From NCBI RefSeq assembly GCF_006345805.1, contig NC_043005.1, forward strand, positions 20,646,001 to 20,710,000: a stretch of DNA of 64,000 nucleotides, given 5' to 3'. The DNA is from Octopus sinensis. Taxonomy: Eukaryota. The position numbers and the translations under genes are program-made. A model generated the notes under the pieces. That model worked only from the letters and a program-made list of their open reading frames with translations, made no database searches and was not told the origin of the DNA. This document shows, one piece after another, positions 51,221-62,230 of this stretch; within the stretch, counting starts at the first letter, position 1, and the number at the start of each line of letters is the position of its first letter.

Positions 51221-53848
51221 TCATTTACTTTTAATCTGCATGTTTGATGCAATCACTTGCTGGGGCACACCCAGCGCCCTAGGGCAAGTGAAGGTTAAGA
51301 GTTGTTGAAATATAGCTGAAAGCTTGGGGAGGGGAAGTAGAGAAATATCTCCATGTAATACAAACACAAACATTTACATTGATAGGGTTTTTCTAAGGGT
51401 GTGGGCAGTACTTGTTAGCACAATCTTTTGGATTTCCTTGCTACATGGTTCTCCAGGGATATTGTCTAGGTGTTTCTGACATCCCTTTTTTATCATACCT
51501 AGGGCACCTACAATAACAGGAACAGTTTTTGTTTTAAGATTCCACATCTTTTGTATTTCGATTTCCAGGTCCTTATATTTACTAAGTTTGTCAAATTCCT
51601 TTACAGATACATTTTTATCAGTGGGGACGATTACCTCTATTAGTCTGCAGGTATTTTCTTCCCTGTCTTTAACAATTATGTCTGGTCGATTAGCCTTGAT
51701 CGTTCTGTCAGTGTTGACTGGAAAATCCCAGAGGATGGTGACATTATTACCTTCAACAACTGGCTGAGGATGGTGTTCATACCAGTTAGCAGGAGTGCCG
51801 AATTTGTAGTGTTTACATATCTTCCAATGTATATACTGTCCTACCCTATCGTGGCGATTTTTGTATTCGTTTGGTGTCAGCACAGGACATCCCGAAACGA
51901 GATGGTCTATTGTTTCGTCAAATGTGTCGCAGAATCTGCATTTAGGGTCAGTACCGTTTCGGAGAACGTTAGCCTGGTAATTTCTGGTAAACAAGCTTTG
52001 ATCTTGTGCTGCCAGTATGAAGCCTTCAGTCTCTGCTTTCAATCCAGAACTCTTCAGCCACTGATGGGTTGTTGCTTGGTCTACATCAGCATTTTGGCTT
52101 CGGAGAATATATTGTCCATGCAGGGGCTTCTGGCTCCACCGCCTCTCAATTTGATTCTGCCCGTACTTTTTTGCAGTCTGCTTGATTCGCTTTGCTTGCT
52201 TGGTAGCAGTGGTTTCCGGCTCTTCATCTGATTCAAGGTTGATGTCTAGTTCCCTTTCGAACTTATAAGCTTCCTTGACAATAGAATGCAGCTTTTTGCT
52301 GCTTTCGTGTTCGCACACAAGTCGCAGCATCCAGTCCTTTGTACTAGATAGGTACCTGTTCATTCCTACAGTAGAGGTCTTATAGCACAACTCTAATTGC
52401 ATCATTCCTCTCCCCCTGCTGCTTCTAGGTAGGTACAGGCGGTCTACATCTGCCTTAGGATGGTGCATGCTCTTGGATGTCAGTAATTTTCTTGTCTTCC
52501 TGTCCAAGCGTTGGAGTTCCGTAAGGTTCCAGTTAATGATGTTAAAACTGTACTGGACTACTGGAAGTGCCAGGGTGTTAATGGCCTCAATGCAATTTTT
52601 GGAGTTGAGTTCAGTCTTCAGTACAAGCCTTATTCTCCTATAGTATTCCTTTCTTATTTTTTCCTTCATAGTAGCATGATGTATACCATCTCCTTCATTG
52701 ATTCCTAGGTATTTGTAACTTTCTTGTGGGTCAAGTTCCTTGATGGTAGTGTCAATATCTAATTTAACAGAAGCTGTTTGCCTGAGCTTGCCTCTTACAA
52801 AAGTTGCTTTAGCACACTTATCAAGGCCAAAATCCATTCCGATATCATTGCTAAACTCTTTAACAGTTGTTAGCAGTGCTTCTAGCTCTTGGTCATTCCT
52901 GGCAAACAGCTTTAGGTCGTCCATATAGAAAAGGTGGTTTATTGACTTACTAAAAACTTTGTACCCATATCTGGTACTATCCAATTCGTTTGAGAGTGGG
53001 ATCAGTGCCATGCAAAAAAGTAATGGAGAGAGGGAGTCACCTTGAAAGATGCCTCGTTTGATGTTGATGCTGTTGGACTGGCTCATCCCATTACTATGGC
53101 TTAGAAAGAGACGTGTGTTCCACATGGTCATGCTATTCTCTAAGAATTTTGAGACGACAGGAGAGATCTTGTATATCTCAAGGGCCTTGAGTATCCATTT
53201 ATGTGGGACACTGTCATACACTTTCCTGTAGTCTATCCATGCCATACTCAGGTTTTTGTTTTTGCTCCGGCAATTCTCTACAATCATTCTGTTTATGAGC
53301 AATTGGTCTTTGCGCCCATAAGAGTTTCTTTTACAACCTTTTTGAGCTTGTGGAAGGATAGAGTTTTGTTCAAGGAAAGCGTACATTCTCTCCGTTATTA
53401 TGGATGTGAGGATTTTGTAGGTGGTGTTGAGACATGTTATTGGCCGGTAATTCTTTGGGTTTTTTGTGTCTTCGGTTTTAGGTAATAGGTAGGTGGTTCC
53501 GTCAGTCAGCCAAGCAGGTATTTGCTCTGGGTTCTGAATGACATCAGACAGAGATGCAGCGAGATTTTCGTGCACCTCTGTCAAACAATTCAGCCAGAAG
53601 TTAGGGATCCGATCCAGTCCTGGGGTTTTCCATTTATGAGCCTTCCTAAGGACACACCTTAGCTCCTCTATTCCTATTGCTTCCCATTTCTGTTCTTCAA
53701 GTTCATCCAGTCTCTCTTTCTCACGTTCTATCCAGTCAGCCTCAGCATTAAACTCTTTTTCGTTGCTCCATACCTTCTTCCAGAACTCCTCCACTTCCTC
53801 AATCTTAGGTGGATCTTCTATGTGTATTTTATTTTTGCCAATTTCCCT
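51221..53848 (-). mobile_element. R4/Dong-like RLE non-LTR retrotransposon, 5'-truncated, in (TAA)n
   Basis: Flanked by (ATT)n at 51178-51220 and 53849-53925; long open frame. Confidence 0.9.
51374..53794 (-). CDS. RT + CCHC zinc knuckle + restriction-like endonuclease, 806 aa, uninterrupted
   Basis: NYRPITCL, GIFQGDSLSPLLF, FYMDDLK, YKYLGI, CRFC..ETIDHLVSGC, RHDRV, RPDII, IEV..P, K..KYKDL. Confidence 0.9.
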   Translation of the reverse strand: MEEFWKKVWSNEKEFNAEADWIEREKERLDELEEQKWEAIGIEELRCVLRKAHKWKTPGLDRIPNFWLNCLTEVHENLAASLSDVIQNPEQIPAWLTDGTTYLLPKTEDTKNPKNYRPITCLNTTYKILTSIITERMYAFLEQNSILPQAQKGCKRNSYGRKDQLLINRMIVENCRSKNKNLSMAWIDYRKVYDSVPHKWILKALEIYKISPVVSKFLENSMTMWNTRLFLSHSNGMSQSNSINIKRGIFQGDSLSPLLFCMALIPLSNELDSTRYGYKVFSKSINHLFYMDDLKLFARNDQELEALLTTVKEFSNDIGMDFGLDKCAKATFVRGKLRQTASVKLDIDTTIKELDPQESYKYLGINEGDGIHHATMKEKIRKEYYRRIRLVLKTELNSKNCIEAINTLALPVVQYSFNIINWNLTELQRLDRKTRKLLTSKSMHHPKADVDRLYLPRSSRGRGMMQLELCYKTSTVGMNRYLSSTKDWMLRLVCEHESSKKLHSIVKEAYKFERELDINLESDEEPETTATKQAKRIKQTAKKYGQNQIERRWSQKPLHGQYILRSQNADVDQATTHQWLKSSGLKAETEGFILAAQDQSLFTRNYQANVLRNGTDPKCRFCDTFDETIDHLVSGCPVLTPNEYKNRHDRVGQYIHWKICKHYKFGTPANWYEHHPQPVVEGNNVTILWDFPVNTDRTIKANRPDIIVKDREENTCRLIEVIVPTDKNVSVKEFDKLSKYKDLEIEIQKMWNLKTKTVPVIVGALGMIKKGCQKHLDNIPGEPCSKEIQKIVLTSTAHTLRKTLSM

Positions 53849-53863
53849 ATATTATTATTATTA

Positions 53864-53912
<49 letters not shown>

Positions 53913-53924
53913 CATTATTATTAT

Positions 53925-54140
53925 TTAAGGCAGCAAACTGGTAGAATTGTTTGCATGCCAGGCTAAATGTTTAGCAACATTTTATTTATCTCTAAATTCT
54001 GAGTTTTATTTCCAATGTGGTGGACTTCACCTTTCATCCTTTCTGTGCCAATAAATTAAGTAGCTGTGAAACACTGATGTTGATGTAATTGACTATTACC
54101 TCCCCTCAAATTTCAGGCCTTGTTCCCTCAGTAGAAAGAA
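53925..54140 (+). mobile_element. tRNA-derived SINE family 2, degenerate, ATT-flanked
   Basis: Homologous to 56312..56530. Confidence 0.6.
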
Positions 54141-54143
54141 TTA

Positions 54144-54174
<31 letters not shown>

Positions 54175-54224
54175 CATCATCATCCTCTCCCCCAAATTTC
54201 AGACCTTGCGCCTATAGGAGAAAG

Positions 54225-54282
<58 letters not shown>

Positions 54283-54283
<1 letters not shown>

Positions 54284-55440
54284 TATGTTTGACTTTTGCT
54301 TTATATTTGTACAAGTTGGCTCCAAGTCTCACCCAGAGACCTCAAGAGACAACAGGTTGGAAGTTCATGTTGTTGTTATGCCTAGTGTGCCATATATTTG
54401 GGGGGGGGGGAGTTTTTTGTGTTGTACTAATGAATGTCTAAAAAAAAAATTTTTTTTAAAAACCGAAAATTATGTTTGTTTTAAACCTTGAGATTACATA
54501 GAAAGTATTTTGCGTAGGATATGAGCAGTTCCCATGAGCACTATCTTTTGAATTTCTGCCATTTTTGGGTTTCCTGATATCTGAGTTAGGTAGCTATCAG
54601 CCCCTTTTGCTATCATTCCCAGGGCACCTATGACAACAGGTATTGTTTTAGTCTTCAGCTTCCACATTTTGCTGATTTCTATTTCAAGATCTTTATATTT
54701 GCTCAGTTTTTGGTAGGTTTTGACAGATACGTTTATATCGATTGGGACAGTCATATCAATGAGGAGGCATGTTCTTTGTTTGAAGTCTTTCAATATGATG
54801 TCTGGCCTATTTGCATCTATCTTTCTGTCAGTTTGAATGGTGAAGTTCCAGAGGAGTGAGATGTGGTCATTTTCAAGCACTGGGGGTGGTTTGTGTTCCC
54901 ACCAGTTTTTTTCATGGGGCAAATCCAGGTTTTTGCAGATTACCCAGTGAATATATTGTGCAGCTCTATCATATCTGTTGAGATACTCTGTAGGCGCTAG
55001 AAGACTGCATTTGGAGACAACATGATCAATGGTTTCATTTTGTTGCTGGCATACACGACATGTTGGACTGCTTCTGATCTTTAATATGTTGGCCTGGTAG
55101 TTTCTTGTTGGTAGGCATTGATCTTGAGCTGCTATGATAAACCCCTCTATTTCAGATTTTAAGCCAGAGTCCATTAGCCATTGATGGGTCAGGGCTTTGT
55201 CAACATCTGCATTATTTGCTCTCTTTGGGTATTTGCCATAGAGAGGTTTTTCTTGCCATTTATCATTCAGAATATCTAAGGCTGCAGATTTAGCACGGGT
55301 TTTCATGCGCTTAGCTTTTCCTTGCCTGTTTCTTGTATGTCTATCTCTAATTCCGAAATTTGTTGTATTCGGAATTCACTTAGATATTCCTTTGCCTGTT
55401 TTGTTACTGAGTATGATGCTTTCTTGTTTTTTTATTATTT
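54283..55440 (-). mobile_element. R4/Dong-like 3' fragment (second family)
   Basis: 270-aa ORF 54494-55306: EGFIIAAQDQ, CRVC..ETIDHVVSKC, RPDII, IDMTVP, GTAHILRKILSM; (ATT)n/(CTT)n flanks. Confidence 0.85.
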
Positions 55441-55466
55441 TTTATTATTTTCTTCTTCTTCTTCTT

Positions 55467-55527
<61 letters not shown>

Positions 55528-56235
55528 CTTCTGTCTTCAAATTTTCTTCCATTTCTCGTCGAGTGTTTTCCGTACACCTAGGGCAGAGAAGCTTGTTGTA
55601 TGCATTCCCAGATTAAACATGCAAATTCACAGGTAAAATATGTATTTAAAAAATTTATGAATAAATAAATTCATGAATGGATATTGTTTTCACAGCGATA
55701 ATGCTCTTCTCAGTTCATGAGGCATTCCAGTCAACATGATTTTTTGCACTTCCTGTAGGGATGGTAAGCCTGGTATCATTTTCAAATAGGTTTCAGTACC
55801 TTTTTTTTATCATTCCTAGAGATCCCACAATCACTGGTACTGTAGTCGCCCTGAAAAGCCACATTTTTTCAATTTCCTTTAGCAAGTCCTTATATTTACT
55901 AATCTTGTCAAATTCTTTCGCCGCTATATTGTGATTGCTAGGAATACTCATGTCAATTAACAAACACATCTTTTTTGTCTGATCTTTTATGATAATATCG
56001 GTTTATTAGCTTTTATAGTTCTGTCGGTATGTACAGGGAAGTCCCACAGAATCAACACATTTTCTCCCTCAGTCACAGCTTCAGGATGGTGTTTATACCA
56101 TTTGACAGTGGTTTTGATTTTATAATGCCGACATATTGTCCAGTGTAAATACTGGCTGACTCTGTCATGTCTTGCTTTATATTCTGCAGGTGCCAGACTC
56201 TACATATGAGATTAGGTAGTCTATTGTTTCAATCT
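55528..56235 (-). mobile_element. R4/Dong-like 3' fragment (third family)
   Basis: RHDRVSQYLHWTICRHYKIK, KPILS/PDII-like and PVIVGSLG remnants; (ATT)n on both sides. Confidence 0.75.
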
Positions 56236-56246
56236 CATCATCATCA

Positions 56247-56311
<65 letters not shown>

Positions 56312-56313
<2 letters not shown>

Positions 56314-56530
56314 GACTGTGAGCTGGCAGAATCATTAGCTTGCCAGGCAAAATGCTTGGCAACATTTTGTCTATCCTTATGTTCTGTGTTCAAATTCTGC
56401 TCAGGTTGACTTTGCCTTTCATTCTTTCAGGGTCAATAAATGAAATAGCAGTCAAGTACTGGGGTCAGAGTGATCGACTATCCTCCTCCCTATAAATTCC
56501 AGGCATTGTGCCTATAGTAGAAAGGATTAT
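56312..56530 (+). mobile_element. tRNA-derived SINE family 2
   Basis: gagctggcagaatcattagc head, gttcaaattc B-box-like, gactttgcctttcat body; follows (ATT)n. Confidence 0.65.
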
Positions 56531-56549
56531 TATTATTAATCATCATGAG

Positions 56550-56580
<31 letters not shown>

Positions 56581-57187
56581 TATTTCATAGATATTTTAAA
56601 AATATTAGATAATTATGCAGATGTACAAGTAATCAAAATTTTGAATAAAATATGAGAAAGCTATCTTGTGCTTTGTTGTGAACAGGGTCAAACAAATCCA
56701 TCCATAAAATAGTTTTTCCAGCATAAAACTCCCTTCCCAGAAGTAATGTGAATTTTCGCACATCATGGGATCTTCTTTGAACTTTGCCTCAGAGCTTAGG
56801 TTGTAGAATATCCATACATACATTCTTCTTCTCAGGGTGTGTTTTTAACATTGAATAGCCATAACAACACTTGATACATTGGTTGGCCACTTGTTTAAGG
56901 GAGTGTTGACCCTACAAAATTACAACATTAGAAGAGAGACATATTGTAGAAGTACAAGTGTTGTCAGGAGCCTAAATATTGAGACATGGTTTCAAATAAG
57001 TCTGAAGATGTTCTACAACTCATATGCATTCTGATTAGTGTGTCATTTTGTGAATCAATTATTTGTTGATAATAAATTGTCCATTTACAAAATTATACCC
57101 TGTTTGCTTTACAATATTTATTGTGTGTGTGTTTGTGTGGGTGGATGAGTATAAACTGTATTTCTTGGTTTCTATTTCTTTCCCCAG

Positions 57188-57418
57188 CTGACACCCCTTT
57201 GAAGCTTAAGAAAGTTAGCATACCACAGAAGGATACTTTACAACAGCTTAAACAGAAGACCTTAACTGAGTGTAATGAAGCTTGTCAACAATATGAAGGA
57301 TGTAATTCTTATGAGTACAATGAGAAGGATAAACTGTGTGGTCTAAGCAATGTGACACAATTGACTAGTGAACTTAAACCCATCATTGGAAATTGGGATG
57401 TTTATCTCATTAGCCCAG
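57188..57418 (+). CDS. Exon B4, PAN type B (231 nt)
   Basis: tccccAG|CT GAC...AGC CCA G|GTcagt; DTPLKLKKVSIPQKDTLQQLKQKTLTECNEACQQYEGCNSYEYNEKDKLCGLSNVTQLTSELKPIIGNWDVYLISPG. Confidence 0.9.
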
Positions 57419-57526
57419 GTCAGTAGAGTATTTCTATTTTATTTATGTGTTCTTATGTCTGTGTGTATTTACATATATCTGCATATGTGGGAATATTATA
57501 TATATATATATATACATACATACACA

Positions 57527-58394
57527 TGTGGTCTGATCAATAAGTATCTGGACTGTTCCCATAGTAACAAAGCTAAAGCATGCAGAGTAAAGCCATTTGT
57601 CAAAAATTGACCGTGATATCAGTTATGTATGTGCACTAAGTTTTAACATTCTAATTCCCTTCTACTGTTACAACAGTGCTTGGAAGGATGGCATGTAGCA
57701 TGTGTTTGTTGCATTGACCATGACATAGAAAGTTATCATGGCGATACCTATTTAGAGGCCTGCAGAAAGTTGCATAACATGTATGGAGAGGAGTGTATGA
57801 GTGATTCAGATGTTTCCAAGATGGCCAAAAAATGTCAATATTGATGAACGTTCTGAGAGACACACAACCGGTAGAACTGAGAAAAACATTGCAGATGTGC
57901 ATGTAGCTGTGAGGGGAAATCATTGCATCACCATCTGTGAGTTATTAAAAGACATGCAGATTAATTATAGTTCAGTTCAGTCTATTATCACTGAAGATTT
58001 GGGTATGAGACGTGTGTCTGCTAAGTTTGTGCCAAAACTGCTTTCAGCCAGCCAGAAAGACATTTGGGTTTCAGTTGCACAAGATCTTGATTGTGTTGAG
58101 AATGAGGAAAACTTTTTGAACATTTTGTGTAGGTCTCTGGGCAGGCATTGCCAGGCCTTTGGAAAAATTTGATGCAAATTCTCTGCTTAACTTTTTCTGT
58201 CATGGTCAATGCGAGTTCACACACTACACACCTTCCTTTCAAGCACTACTGTAAACAGAAGTGAGTTAGAATGCTAAAACTTAGTGCGCATGCACAACAG
58301 AGTTCATGGTCAATCTGTGCCAACTGGCTTTACTCTTCTTGCTTTAGCTTCATTACTATGGCAACAGTCCAGATACTTTATTGATCAGGCCACG
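57527..58394. mobile_element. Non-autonomous mariner element with two inverted 5' ends
   Basis: About 200-270 bp inverted repeat including the transposase start; + strand HTH remnant (EDLGMRRVSAKFVPKLL); - strand MTEKVKQRICIKFF; TA on the right side. Confidence 0.8.
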
Positions 58395-58844
58395 TATATA
58401 TTTATTGTCAGCAGTTCATATATCTGAAAAAGAAGCACACTATATATTGGTAGAGCAGTAATGAATACTTTTTTTAGGAAGTTAAAAGTAATGCCCGATC
58501 ATAGGCTGATCATTAGTTTCGCACCTATAAAGTGCTTAACAGTATAGGCAACTTGTTACATTCAAATTGCAGAAGGCACGTGTTCAGCCACTTGAGGTCA
58601 TGCACCTTCAGACATTTGAGTCTGAGGAATTGCCTATACTGCTAGGTACTTTATAGGTGCGAAGTCAATGGTCACTCTATGACCAGCTATAACATAACTT
58701 CCTAAAAAATTATTTTTCAATTACCAAGGCCTATTCCCCATAGGAGGAGGTAGCCACAAGACATTCACCAGACATTCCATTTATTTCCCAGCTCAAAAGA
58801 GGTGAGCCCCATCCTATGCTCGGGTCAAGGCATAGAAAAGCAAC

Positions 58845-58885
<41 letters not shown>

Positions 58886-59094
58886 TAAAATATATATTTA
58901 GGTTGTAAAATTGTGAATTAGCCATCCATATTATATATGTGTATATATATGTGAGTATATCACTGGTGGTGGTGTAACACACCATACTAATCATATTTGT
59001 TGGGCATGTGGAAGAGAGTGTAATTCGGCAGGGGGACTTAAACGACATGCAAAGGTACATGAAGCCCAGTTACAACTACAGCCGGCTATTACCG

Positions 59095-59229
59095 GTAAAG
59101 GTTTGAATTGCCAATTCTGTACAAGACATTGTAGATCTTTAGCTGGGCTAAAAAGTCACATTCGATCACAGCACCAATAACAGTTAAGCTTCGTGCAATG
59201 GCCATACTCAATAACGAGGGGCAGCCATC

Positions 59230-59230
<1 letters not shown>
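59095..59230 (+). mobile_element. RTE-like LINE extreme 3' end
   Basis: C..C...CRSLAGLKSH zinc-finger-like remnant followed by a short tail. Confidence 0.45.
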
Positions 59231-59264
<34 letters not shown>

Positions 59265-59293
59265 TATATATATACACACACATATATATACAC

Positions 59294-59364
<71 letters not shown>

Positions 59365-60939
59365 CACACAAACATATATATTTCATTTTTGGATTTGGCT
59401 TGCAAGATTCTTTATATGAGTTCATGTGTTGAAGCATATTCTCTTGTCTGGGGAGAGTCATTTTCCTTTTGTGCCTTATGATTTAACACACTCGCTGGTA
59501 AAATTTGCACTTATTTCTTATTTTTATTTTCCTAAAATTTTTGTTGCGTCTTGCAACCTTTTCAATAGTCTTGACCCTGTTTGTTATTTACACTGCATTC
59601 CTTTTTGTTTGTTTGTGCGCATATGTGTGGTTCAGTGTGTGTGTGTGTGTGTGTGCCTATGCATGCATGTACATGTATGTATGTGTGTATGTATGTATGC
59701 TAGTGTGTGTAAGTATATATGTGTGTGTATGCATATGTTTATATGTATGTGTGTGTGCATCTGTATGTATGTATTCTGCATATTCATGTTCTTGCATGTC
59801 CGTGTTTGTGTATTTTCTGTGCATGTATGTGTGTGAGCATGTGTTTGTATATGTATGCACCTCTGTCTCCTTGTGTGTGCATGTCTGTGTGTGTGTGTGT
59901 GTGTTTTGCAACTATGTACCGTGTTTGTGTATATGGATGTGGATCTCTATATGTGTGGATCTGTGTTTTCATATGTGTCCTTGTGTGTGTATATATGGTT
60001 ATGTGTTTCAGACTCCATTTGCGTATGTGTGCTTGTCTATTCTTATAATCTATGTACCTATCCATCTGTATGTTGAACTGTTTATTTTCATATCCATATA
60101 CTTACATACAAAACAAAAAATGCGCATACACACCCACTCACACCCACACACACATACATACGTCTATCTACATAACAGTCCACTAACTATTCTACTCTAC
60201 TGTGACTGTAATGAAATTCATAAGATTGCTTGTGAGTTGAAGCACAGTCATTACATCTTGGAAGTATTTATTGTCGAAGCAAGTAAAACTATAGATTGAA
60301 AGAGAAAGTTCAAGTCATCTACCGTGTTAAATTGCATCATTTTTGTAACAGCTTCATAAAAGCCCTGATATTATTCATCTCATAGAGTGGACTGATTATT
60401 TTCAGCATACTTCAAATTACTGTTCTCTATTTTAATATGAGCATCTGCAGTGTATTGTAGCATGAGTTGCCTACGTTTCATTTCAGTGTTAAAGCTGCAT
60501 TCTCACCCTTGAAAACAGTAACTCTAGAAGTCAGTGGCAGAAAGCATATAATTATCTGCTCTTATCTGAAATACATCTTCCCCTCAAGGAAATAACACAT
60601 AATACGAAGGGCCATATAAGCAGTGCACCTGATGAGTCCTTTATAGGCAACCATCGTCTCTATGGCTATCAGCTTATTTCTGATTCTACTGGACAAATGA
60701 AATAAACTAGTATTTTCATGTGTTATGCAATCATCATGCTATGTAGTGACAGTCGTGTTCCACAGTTGACACAGTTATCAGTTGCGGAACGCGACTGTCA
60801 CTACATATACCCAATGAATGTGTAATACATGGAAGTACTAATTTATTTCAATATTGCAGACTTGCAAAAATTGCGAGTAACAAAACATGAAAATCAGACT
60901 CAGTAGGAATTTCATTGATCAATATATTCTTCTGTACAC

Positions 60940-61178
60940 AGTTATACAAATTTGGATATAAATATATATATCGCCATGTTGGTTCGTTAGTTACTGCACA
61001 CATTTTTTTCTCTCCTTCTTTCTGTGTTTTTTTCTCTCTGTGTATCTTTCTGTTGAAGAGCGTAGGCTCGAAACATTAAAGACTTTTTTTATTTATATTT
61101 CCTGAGCGCCATACTAATACAATTGTTTGTTTGTTTTCCACCTGCCTTCGTCTTTTGTCTATTTTCATAAAGCTTCCC

Positions 61179-61180
<2 letters not shown>
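60940..61180 (+). mobile_element. PLE-like terminal repeat fragment
   Basis: ctgttgaagagcgtaggctcgaaac, a degenerate hammerhead-like core with a GAGC/GCTC stem, followed by a pyrimidine-rich tail and (TA)n. Confidence 0.45.
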
Positions 61181-61225
<45 letters not shown>

Positions 61226-62230
61226 TGCATGTATATATCAGAGTGTTTATACATAGTGTGTGAAAATTCCTTCAAACTTTTCTTCAATGACATGCATTCT
61301 AAATTCAACACACAATCACACACACTACCACACACACACTACCACACACACACACACACACATGCATAAGCTATTTTAAAACAGGATATTTTTGAGTCAT
61401 TACTATTTTAAAATTAACTTTGTCATTCATGTTTTAGAAAATAATAATAGCAGACACTCAGTTTACTCAAGAAATTAAGGGGGGAAAACTGTAACTGTGG
61501 CTTTAAAAATTGATCAAAGTGATTTAGAGATTGCTCAGTTTTTAAAAGTCGCCAGATCTTTTGTTTACAAAATTTGCAATGAGTTAGAAGCCTCAGATGG
61601 ATTAGTATCACTAGTATTGAAGCAGGAAAAACATTCCCAATCCTCTAATGCCATCAGAATATCTAATTTCATTCAACAAGTTAAACAAATCATTGAAAAA
61701 AATCCATGTGACCAATTGCAATACATCTCCATGTGCTAGGAGGGACAATCTGAAACGTTGTCCTTTAAGACATCCACTACGAGTCTTATATTATAAGGAG
61801 AAGTCAATTCATATCAGAAAAAACAAAAGAAACTTGTCTGATCAATTCTAACAAAGTTAAAACCCAAAAGAACATAACATGATTTGATTTTTCTCAAACG
61901 AGTAAAACTTTGACTGGGACCAGAAAATTAACTGAAAAAATGACAGATGGTATTTTCAGAAATCTGAAGTTCCAACAGTCATGCACACAAATTTCCTGCA
62001 ACTGTCATGGCTTTTGGCAATGTCAGAAATGAAGGATATGTGATACCTCCTCACTTCTTTCCGCAGGGCTTTAGAATTAACTCTGCTGGTTACATTAAGG
62101 TTCTGGAAACAGTTGTCAAGCACTAGATAGACAGAGTACACAATGAAAGACTGTACATGTTTCAGCAGGTTCTTTGCACCATCACATAATGCTCAAGAAA
62201 TCCAGAATTGGATAACTGACAATTTTTGTA

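Noticed and set aside
60860-60906. Possible terminal exon ttgcAG|AC TTG...TAG (DLQKLRVTKHENQTQ*) in phase with B4
   Set aside because: No nearby polyA signal or paralog support, and it lies among repeat remnants; the pattern predicts a Sushi exon next. Not excluded without RNA data.
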